From assembly GCA_041494685.1 (NCBI GenBank), contig JBGQBE010000016.1:1-56380 (forward strand): DNA of 56,380 nucleotides, given 5' to 3'. Made by a program: the position numbers and the translations under genes. The DNA is from Dehalococcoidia bacterium (GTDB lineage Bacteria > Chloroflexota > Dehalococcoidia > DSTF01 > JACRBR01). Every line of letters begins with the position of its first letter. Positions within the stretch are counted from its first letter, which is position 1. A model generated the notes under the pieces. It made no database searches and was not told the origin of the DNA. It saw only the letters and a list, made by a program, of their open reading frames with translations. Shown piece after piece: positions 47,210 to 54,529 of this stretch.

Positions 47210-48241
47210 GTGAGGCCGCCGCAAGTGCCAGAAGCATCCCAGTCCGCCACGGGCCATGCCGGGGCTGCCGCACGCAGCGGCGGCCCGGGAATCCGATCCC
47301 TGTCGGCGGCGATCGGCGGCCTCGTACTGTCGTCCGTGCTGCTGCTCGCCTGCGGTACATCGAGCAACACGCACGGGCAAGACGTCCGTCACGTCACCGT
47401 ACCGGCGGCCCTGCTGGCCGGCGATGTTGGAGATCCGCGATGCGATGACGTCCAGCACTTCTGCATCGTCCGCACGCAGGGCAGCGAGTTCATCGCCCTG
47501 TACGCCTACGACACGAACGCCAAGTTCCGCGCCCGCGGCTGCGTGCTCACGTGGGAGCCTGACCGCCGGTTCGTCGATCAGGCGGGCGCCGCGGGCGTAG
47601 GCGCGTTCCACTCGCCTTGTAGCGACGCAGTCTTCGACCGCACGGGGCGCGTCGCCTTCGGAACGGCTCCGCGCGACATGGACCGCTTCCCGCTCAAGAA
47701 AGCCGTCACCGGCGAGACGTGGATCGACGTCTCTCAACTCATCTGCGGCGACGCCCAGAGCGGCGCAGCCCAGTCCTGCGACCTGGCGCCAGCCCTGGCA
47801 GTCGCACAGGCCACATCAGCGCCGGGTCAGACGACGTCCGACATCACGCCCATCTCCACCTGGACCGCCACCGCGCCGGCGACCGCGACCGCCGCGGGCT
47901 CCACGCCGACACCGGCAGCCGCCGCCACGGCGGCCGCGCCCGGCGGCGCCGGCGTGGCGACGACGCTCACGCTCGTCGCGAAGAACACGCTCTTCGACAA
48001 GAGCGAGTTGCAGGCGAAGCCCGGCGCGGTCACGATCGACATGGACAACCAGGATGCCGGCATCCCGCACAACATCCACGTCTACCAGGGGAACGACAAC
48101 ACGGGGAAGGACATGGGCAAGACGGAGTTTGAACCCGGCCCGGTGAAGCAGACGCTCACGCTGAACCTCACGGCTGGCGAGTACTACTTCGTCTGCGAGG
48201 TCCATCCCGCGACGATGGCCGGCAAGCTGGTGGTCCGGTAG
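47210..48241 (+). CDS. Lipoprotein: degenerate Rieske-like domain, linker, type-1 copper cupredoxin
   Basis: LLAC lipobox; GCVLTW...FHSPCSDAVFD..G....GTAPRDMDRF; C-terminal PHN...YYFVCEVHPATM. Start codon uncertain. Confidence 0.8.
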   Translation: MRPPQVPEASQSATGHAGAAARSGGPGIRSLSAAIGGLVLSSVLLLACGTSSNTHGQDVRHVTVPAALLAGDVGDPRCDDVQHFCIVRTQGSEFIALYAYDTNAKFRARGCVLTWEPDRRFVDQAGAAGVGAFHSPCSDAVFDRTGRVAFGTAPRDMDRFPLKKAVTGETWIDVSQLICGDAQSGAAQSCDLAPALAVAQATSAPGQTTSDITPISTWTATAPATATAAGSTPTPAAAATAAAPGGAGVATTLTLVAKNTLFDKSELQAKPGAVTIDMDNQDAGIPHNIHVYQGNDNTGKDMGKTEFEPGPVKQTLTLNLTAGEYYFVCEVHPATMAGKLVVR

Positions 48242-48254
48242 CCGCCCGGCCCGA

Positions 48255-49517
48255 TCAGACATCAGCGCTCACCCGCTCCAGCCTCTCCTTGACGGCCTGC
48301 ATGAAACGCCCGGCCTCCGCGCCGTCGAGCGCGCGATGATCGAAGCTGATGCAAAGGTTCATCAGCGAGCGCACGCCGAACAGCTCATCGCCGACCGGCC
48401 GCAGCTCGCGCCGGATCGCCTCGGTCGTAATGATCGCCACCTGCCCCACCGGGACGATCGGCTGCGACGCGATCGATCCGAACGCGCCCGTGTTGTCGAT
48501 CGTGAACGTCGCGCCCCGCAACTCGTCGAGCGTGAGGCGTCGCTCGTGTGCCTTCGCCCCGAGCCGCGCCGTCTCCAGCGCGATGGCCGCCAGTGACAGC
48601 GCCGGCGCGTCGCGCAGAACGGGCACCAGCAGGCCGGTCGCGGTCGCCACGGCGATCCCGAGATGCACATCGGCGTGCGGCCGGATCCCGTCGTCGGTGA
48701 ACGTGGCGTTCAGCTGAGGATGCTCTTTCAACGCGCCGGCGACCGCCTGGACGAAGAACGGCAGATAGGTCAGCTTCACGCCCTCTCGCCGCTCGAAGTC
48801 ATCCTTCATGCGCGCGCGCAGGCTGACCAGGCCGGTCACGTCCGCCTCGACCATCATCCAGGCGACCGGGATCGTCCGGTGCGATTCGAGCATGTGGCGG
48901 CCGATCGCGCGGCGCGTCGCGGTGAGCGGGACCAGCTCGGGCGACGGCTGTGCCGGCGGACCCCGCCGGGCGCTCTCGCGCATCGCCGCTACATCCGCTT
49001 GCACGCCGACGACGCCGACGCCGGCGGCCGGCGGCACCGTGTTCGCGGCCGGATTCTCGATATACCGCTCGACGTCCTGCCGCGTCACGCGGCCATCCAC
49101 GCCCGTACCGCGCACCAACGACAGGTCGATGCCGCGGTCGCTCGCCAGCTTGAGCACGACCGGCGAGTACCCGCGCGTCCGCCGCATCTCACCGCCGGAC
49201 GCGACTGCTGCGGCGGGCGGCGCCGCCACGGCCGCCGCGGCCGGGAGCTGCTCGGCGCGCGCGGGCGCTTCCGCACCGCCCGCGGCCGCGTCGAACGCGG
49301 CCAGCGGCGTGCCGATAGGCACCGTCTCTCCCTCCGGCACCAGGATACGCGTCAGCCGGCCCGCGAACGGCGAAGGGATCTCGGCGACTGCCTTGTCGGT
49401 CTCGATCTCGACGACCGGCTCGTCGAGCGCGACGTCGTCGCCTTCGCGCTTCAGCCACTTCGTCACGGTGCCCTCGGTGACGCCTTCGCCGACGTTCGGC
49501 ATGATCAGTTCGGGCAT
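48255..49517 (-). CDS. Dihydrolipoamide acyltransferase (E2) of a 2-oxoacid dehydrogenase
   Basis: Lipoyl ETDKA, E3-binding GTGVDGRVTRQD and catalytic FDHRALDG. Confidence 0.95.
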   Translation of the reverse strand: MPELIMPNVGEGVTEGTVTKWLKREGDDVALDEPVVEIETDKAVAEIPSPFAGRLTRILVPEGETVPIGTPLAAFDAAAGGAEAPARAEQLPAAAAVAAPPAAAVASGGEMRRTRGYSPVVLKLASDRGIDLSLVRGTGVDGRVTRQDVERYIENPAANTVPPAAGVGVVGVQADVAAMRESARRGPPAQPSPELVPLTATRRAIGRHMLESHRTIPVAWMMVEADVTGLVSLRARMKDDFERREGVKLTYLPFFVQAVAGALKEHPQLNATFTDDGIRPHADVHLGIAVATATGLLVPVLRDAPALSLAAIALETARLGAKAHERRLTLDELRGATFTIDNTGAFGSIASQPIVPVGQVAIITTEAIRRELRPVGDELFGVRSLMNLCISFDHRALDGAEAGRFMQAVKERLERVSADV

Positions 49518-49525
49518 CGCGCCTC

Positions 49526-50506
49526 CTAGTAGGCTGCCAGATCGCGCATCGCGGCGGCGATCTTCTCCTTCGACGGCAGGCAGAAGTCCTCCATGCCGCC
49601 GTTGAAGGGCATAGCCGGCACGTCGGGCGCGGCGAGCCGCCGGATCGGCGCGTCGAGGTCGCTGAACGCATGCTCGGCGATGATCGCCGCGATCTCTCCG
49701 CCGATGCCGCCGGTGAGGTTATCCTCGTGCACGATCAGCACCTTGCCCGTGCGCCGCGCCGCGTCGAGAATCGCGTCGCGGTCAAGCGGCGCCAGCGTGC
49801 GGACGTCCAGCACCGTCGCGTCGATGCCCTGCTGCGCCAGTTCCTCCGCCGCCTCCAGGCACTCGTGCGCCATCAACCCGTATGAGATCACGGTCAGGTC
49901 GCCGCCCTCGCGGCGCAGCGCCGCCGGGCCGATCGGCACGACGTAGTCCTCCTCCGGCAGCTCCTCCTTCAGCAGGCGGTACGCCTTCTTGTGCTCAAGG
50001 TAGATGACCGGATCGGGATCGCGGATCGCCGCCTTGAGCAGCCCCTTCGCGTCATACGGCGTAGACGGGACGACCACCTTGAGCCCCGGCACGTGCGCGA
50101 GCAGCGCCTCGATCGACTGCGAGTGGTACAACGCGCCGCGGATGCCCGCCCCGAACGGCATGCGGACGACGATCGGGCATCCCCAGCCGCCGTTCGAACG
50201 GTAGCGCCAGCGCGCCGCCTCGCTGATCAGCTGATTGAACGCCGGATACGCGAAGTCCGCGAACTGGATCTCCGCCACGGGCACGCAGCCATTCTGCGCC
50301 ATGCCGATGCTGACGCCGACGATGCTGGACTCCGCGAGCGGCGTATCGAGGACGCGCTCCGGCCCGAAGCGGGCCAGCATCCCGTCCGTCGCGCGAAACA
50401 CGCCGCCCTCCTGGATGTCCTCGCCCAGCACGACCATCGTCGGCAGGCGCTCCATCTCCTCCCAGAGGGCGTCGTGGATCGCGTCGAGGTACGTGCGCTG
50501 CGCCAT
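49526..50506 (-). CDS. 2-oxoacid dehydrogenase E1 beta (probably branched-chain)
   Basis: GGVFRAT, DTPLAE, AEIQFADF and GALYHSQS; ATG 50506. Confidence 0.95.
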   Translation of the reverse strand: MAQRTYLDAIHDALWEEMERLPTMVVLGEDIQEGGVFRATDGMLARFGPERVLDTPLAESSIVGVSIGMAQNGCVPVAEIQFADFAYPAFNQLISEAARWRYRSNGGWGCPIVVRMPFGAGIRGALYHSQSIEALLAHVPGLKVVVPSTPYDAKGLLKAAIRDPDPVIYLEHKKAYRLLKEELPEEDYVVPIGPAALRREGGDLTVISYGLMAHECLEAAEELAQQGIDATVLDVRTLAPLDRDAILDAARRTGKVLIVHEDNLTGGIGGEIAAIIAEHAFSDLDAPIRRLAAPDVPAMPFNGGMEDFCLPSKEKIAAAMRDLAAY

Positions 50507-51504
50507 CACGCCTCCTCGTGGAAGACGTGGCGCAGCGCCGACTCGGGCGCGGGTTCGGGCGCGCGTTCCGCCGCTTCCACCGCCGCGGCGATCTCGCGCT
50601 GCGCCTCCTCGCGGATCTGTCTGTCCGCGTCCTCGCTGAGCGCGCCCTCGGCGATCAGCCGCGTGCGCAGCCGGTCGATCGGGTCCTTCTTGATCCACTC
50701 CTCCAGCTCGGCGCGCGAGCGGTAGCGGCGGTCGTCGTCTGACGACGTGTGCGGCGCGAGCCGATACGTCTTCGCTTCGATGAGCTTCGGGCCGTGGCCG
50801 CGGCGGCACTCCTCCAGGCTCCAGCGGGTGGTCTGGTACACGGTCAGCGCGTCGTTGCCGTCCACGGTCTGCCCTTCGACGTCGTACCCCTTCGCGCGGT
50901 CGGCGACGTGCATCACCGACATCTGCTTCGCCTGCGATTCCGAGATCGCGTAGCCGTTGTTCTCGCAGAAGAACACGACGGGGAGCTTGTGGATCGAGGC
51001 GAAGTTCAGCGCCTCGTGGAAGTCGCCCTCGCTCGTCGCGCCCTCGCCGAAGTAGGCGATCGTCGCCTCATTGAGCCCCCGCAGCTTCGACGCGTAGGCG
51101 ATCCCGGCAGCATGCGGAAGGTTCGCGGCGATCACGCTCGAACGCGTGACGACGCGCATCGCCGGCCATGACCAGTGGCTCGGCATCTGGCGCCCGCCCG
51201 AGTTGGGGTCGTCGGCCTTCGCGAACAGTCCCAGGAGGATGTCGTACGGCGTCATGCCGAGCGCCACCATCACGCCGACGTCGCGGTAGTACGGCAGCAC
51301 CCAGTCCGTGCCCCGCGCGATCGCGTACGCCGAGCCGACCTGCGCCGCTTCGTGGCCCTGCCCCGTCACGGCGAACGCGGCCCGGCCTTGCCGGTTGAGC
51401 GCGAACATCCGGTCGCTGAGGATGCGCGAGCGCACCATGTCGCGGTAGATGGAGAGCGGCAGCGCGGCAGCGCCGGGGTCGGCCTGGGCGGCGGAAGCGG
51501 TCAC
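50506..51504 (-). CDS. 2-oxoacid dehydrogenase E1 alpha (Bacillus BCKDH-like)
   Basis: EAAQVG, DPNSGGRQMPSH, GEGATSEGDFHE...ENN and HTSSDD..RYR. Confidence 0.95.
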   Translation of the reverse strand: MTASAAQADPGAAALPLSIYRDMVRSRILSDRMFALNRQGRAAFAVTGQGHEAAQVGSAYAIARGTDWVLPYYRDVGVMVALGMTPYDILLGLFAKADDPNSGGRQMPSHWSWPAMRVVTRSSVIAANLPHAAGIAYASKLRGLNEATIAYFGEGATSEGDFHEALNFASIHKLPVVFFCENNGYAISESQAKQMSVMHVADRAKGYDVEGQTVDGNDALTVYQTTRWSLEECRRGHGPKLIEAKTYRLAPHTSSDDDRRYRSRAELEEWIKKDPIDRLRTRLIAEGALSEDADRQIREEAQREIAAAVEAAERAPEPAPESALRHVFHEEA

Positions 51505-51534
51505 GCGGACCTCACTCTCTGGGCGGCTCCCCCA

Positions 51535-51804
51535 TTAGTATCGGCGCGGGCGGTATCGCGCGAGGGGCACAAGACCCGGAACCTGGGGGGCGAAAACGGG
51601 GATTTTGGTACCCATTTTTTCGTTATGTCGTGCAAATCGAATCTGGCGGTGTACCTGTTTCGTAATTTCGACTTTTCGGGGGCCGCGGCCCACGAGGGCG
51701 AGGGACGGGATACACACAGAGGCGCAAAGGACGAGGGGGGGCAGAACCCAGAACCTCGAACCTGGGGGCTGGAAGCCAGAGACAGGGGACTTCGAGCGGA
51801 GCAT
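51535..51804 (-). CDS. Possible small ORF (89 aa) or gene remnant behind a LexA-like promoter
   Basis: GGAGG RBS before GTG/ATG; no recognisable domain; overlaps a heptamer repeat. Confidence 0.3.
   Translation of the reverse strand: MLRSKSPVSGFQPPGSRFWVLPPLVLCASVCIPSLALVGRGPRKVEITKQVHRQIRFARHNEKMGTKIPVFAPQVPGLVPLARYRPRRY
51742..51790. repeat. Imperfect 7-bp tandem repeat
   Basis: cagaacc cagaacc tcgaacc tgggggc tggaagc cagagac aggggac. Confidence 0.6.
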
Positions 51805-51834
51805 CACAGCAGCCTCCGATTCCGCACCGGCTTG

Positions 51835-51880
51835 GACCATATGTTCTACGAGGTTAGGCGGGGGCGCGGTGCGTTGTCAA
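51835..51880 (-). promoter_or_regulatory. Sigma70-type promoter with LexA-like box
   Basis: Minus strand reads TTGACA-N18-TAACCT, then AGAAC-ATAT-GGTC (Gram-positive-type GAAC-N4-GTTC, one mismatch). Confidence 0.6.
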
Positions 51881-51955
51881 GTACGGGGGATCACGTCGGG
51901 CGCCTATCCGCGACGCGGAGCGCGGAGGAGACACTGGGGGGCGCGTGTCACCGCA

Positions 51956-52068
51956 GTCGCAGCAATGATCTCACTGGCTACACCTCGGTGGACACTTCCG
52001 CCAGCGCGCGGGCGTCGCCCTCGTCAACGTCGCAGCAATGATCTCACTGGCTACACCTCGGTGGACAC
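51956..52068. repeat. Perfect 40-bp direct repeat with 33-bp spacer (CRISPR-like mini-array)
   Basis: GTCGCAGCAATGATCTCACTGGCTACACCTCGGTGGACAC at 51956-51995 and 52029-52068; the repeat is certain, CRISPR identity is not. Confidence 0.9.
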
Positions 52069-52191
52069 AGGAGTTCTCATTCCCCCTTCGCTTTGAGGAC
52101 ATCGTCACGTTGCCCGGGGCGAGCTTCCAACCTGCTCGCTAGCGATACGCTGAGCGGGCAACGCAACGGCGACTTTATTTCATTTCCTATC

Positions 52192-52220
52192 TTGACATCG
52201 ATACTGGCCAGTACGATAAT
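52192..52220 (+). promoter_or_regulatory. Near-consensus sigma70 promoter with internal palindrome
   Basis: TTGACA-N17-GATAAT, AT-rich upstream tract and TACTGGCCAGTA (52202-52213) in the spacer. Confidence 0.7.
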
Positions 52221-52272
52221 CGCCGAATGTTGAAACGTCCCAATGGTTAATGTGCGAGAGGTCAGGCAGGCC

Positions 52273-52881
52273 ATGAATCCTCTTCCTGTCCGGATAATCT
52301 TTGTTCTCATCGGGATAGCCCTGGTTGCTTGTGGAGGAGGTACGTCGACGTCCCCACTGACGCCGAACGGCAGCCCGTCGGACCCGGTTGGACGACAGAG
52401 CGGCGAAATCCAACGAGCCGACGCCGCTGCCGATGAGAACGGACCCTGGCAACGGCTCACGATCGAGGGCGTGAGCTTCGAAATCCCCGCCGGCCCAGAG
52501 TGGCGCGTCGACGTCGTGGCTGACTGGTGTTCCGATCAACTCGAAAGATTCGTGCTGATGGAGAACCAACAGACCGGCGATCGAATCCAGGTCAAGTTCG
52601 CCCGAAAGAGTGCTGCCGCGGAGTTCAAAGGCGTCGAATCGAAGCTCGATCGCCTCACTGCGCGAGTCCAAGCCTCATTCAGCGGGCAACGCGTACTGGA
52701 AGAGCGCCTCGCCAAAGCGCTTCCATTCCCCACCAACCCCGCGTGTGACCCCAACGCCCAAGACGACGTACCGACATTAGTCCCGCTCGAAACCCCTCCG
52801 CCTCAAGTGACGGTGGTCGTCGAAGCGACTTGGACGCCGGTGACCGTCCCCACGCCGCCGCCCGCCCCAGTTGGCCAATAA
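52273..52881 (+). CDS. Hypothetical lipoprotein
   Basis: MNPLPVRIIFVLIGIALVAC lipoprotein signal; Pro/Thr-rich C-terminus. Confidence 0.75.
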   Translation: MNPLPVRIIFVLIGIALVACGGGTSTSPLTPNGSPSDPVGRQSGEIQRADAAADENGPWQRLTIEGVSFEIPAGPEWRVDVVADWCSDQLERFVLMENQQTGDRIQVKFARKSAAAEFKGVESKLDRLTARVQASFSGQRVLEERLAKALPFPTNPACDPNAQDDVPTLVPLETPPPQVTVVVEATWTPVTVPTPPPAPVGQ

Positions 52882-52913
52882 CTGGATCGGTCAGCGCGAA
52901 AAGGAGGAAATCC

Positions 52914-54272
52914 GTGAACCGAACAGCGCAAGGGCTCTTGATTCTGGTTCTCTTGGCGGCCGCGAGTATGCTGCCCGACTCTGCTCATGCAACCGACGGC
53001 ATTCATCTTAACGGGCATTACTGGGATCAGTGGGCCTATGCACCTGCCACTGCCGTGAACGCCTACGACTGCGTGACCCAGAACCAAGGAATACAGACGG
53101 CGGCGAACAAGTGGAACGCCACCGGGCTCGTTTCCATCACCACGCTCGTGGATAACTGCAACACAAGTGCGAACGGGATCGTGTGGAGACCCAAGACTGG
53201 TACCACGGGTTGTGACAGCTACGTGGTCAACGACGGGTCCACGCTCCAGGGCGGAGTTCTTGATCCGGATCTGGTAACTGCGGGAACGCTCTCGATGGAC
53301 TATCACGCGACCATATACCTAGGGCCGGGCTGTCCGGCAGATGGACAGACCACCTGTGCCGGCTATTACTCTCCTTGCGACGTGCCGACCCATGAGCTTG
53401 GTCATGCGCTCGGCTTGGGAGATCACTACACGCATGACTCGGGGGGCAACCCGCTCTGCACCACGGTAAACCTCACGCCCACTGCGGACTGCTTCAGCTA
53501 CAAGGAACTGAACGGCGTGTACAACCCGAACGGGACGCCGGTAGCAGCCATCATGGACTATCCCCATATCGCGAACCTCGCGTATCATGACACGGGCGAC
53601 GCAACAAGGCTCTACCGCCTCGCCCCATTCAACGAGTACCCGGTGAATCCCTCTGCATTGAACTTTCACCGTGTGAACATCACCTGGGGCGATCGCTCGC
53701 ACAACGAGACGAATCACATGGTCGAGGAGCGGCCGTACGCCGGTTCCTACGCGTTCGCAGGCTCGACCGGGAAGAACGGCACGTCTCTAGCGAAGGACGT
53801 TTCGAGCCCAGGCTACAATTACTGCTACCGGTTGCGACCATTGAATTCGTGGAGTACGTTCGGGGCGTACACTGGCGACTATTGCGTCAATACACCTCAC
53901 GCGGTTCAGAACGTCGCCGGGGCATTCGGTGGAGGCAGCAACTTCGGCCTCTGCTGGAACGTGGCTGCCTCTGGCAGCGGTGTCACGTCCTACCGCGTGC
54001 TGCGCCAGCGCTATAACAACGGTAGCGTCGTGAATACCATCTACACCGTCTCGGCGAACACAAGTTGTTACGGCTCAGTGCTCTTTTCCGGCAGCACTGC
54101 TTATGCGGACTGGCACCATTTCGCGGTTCGTGGCTGCGACGCGGCGGGAGTCTGCTCGCCCTACTGGGACATGAAGAGCCCGAACTATTATTGGGTGTAT
54201 ATGCCATGCAGTGGCAACAACGCGAACTGTAGCTATTCTGGCTCGCCCACTAGCTGGTACCACGCGCACTAG
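52914..54272 (+). CDS. Secreted zinc metallopeptidase (metzincin, snapalysin-like) with FN3-like C-terminal domains
   Basis: AAGGAGG RBS, signal peptide (AHA), HELGHALGLGDHY, Met-turn AIMDY and W...Y.YRLR FN3-like patterns. Confidence 0.8.
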   Translation: MNRTAQGLLILVLLAAASMLPDSAHATDGIHLNGHYWDQWAYAPATAVNAYDCVTQNQGIQTAANKWNATGLVSITTLVDNCNTSANGIVWRPKTGTTGCDSYVVNDGSTLQGGVLDPDLVTAGTLSMDYHATIYLGPGCPADGQTTCAGYYSPCDVPTHELGHALGLGDHYTHDSGGNPLCTTVNLTPTADCFSYKELNGVYNPNGTPVAAIMDYPHIANLAYHDTGDATRLYRLAPFNEYPVNPSALNFHRVNITWGDRSHNETNHMVEERPYAGSYAFAGSTGKNGTSLAKDVSSPGYNYCYRLRPLNSWSTFGAYTGDYCVNTPHAVQNVAGAFGGGSNFGLCWNVAASGSGVTSYRVLRQRYNNGSVVNTIYTVSANTSCYGSVLFSGSTAYADWHHFAVRGCDAAGVCSPYWDMKSPNYYWVYMPCSGNNANCSYSGSPTSWYHAH

Positions 54273-54529
54273 AGCGGCATCAGCGCTCTCGCCGGCAAGC
54301 GAGTTCAGTCGATGAGCCCGTCTCGCCATCGACCGATGGTCGTCAGGAACCTGTAGGCAACCAGCTGGCGCGCTCCGCCACTTCGGAATCCATGCGGTGA
54401 CCCGCGATGTCACCAAATAGTCGATGCCTTCTTCGACGATGAAACCTGGACGGAGCGCTATTTCGGCGACCCCCACGATGAACCGATCGTGCTGCGGTAG
54501 CGCTGCCGGCGGGTGCGGCGGGGACGGGC

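Noticed and set aside
51895..51934. Third degenerate copy of the 40-bp repeat (GTCG...GAGACAC)
   Set aside because: Only the ends match and the spacing (21 bp) is inconsistent.
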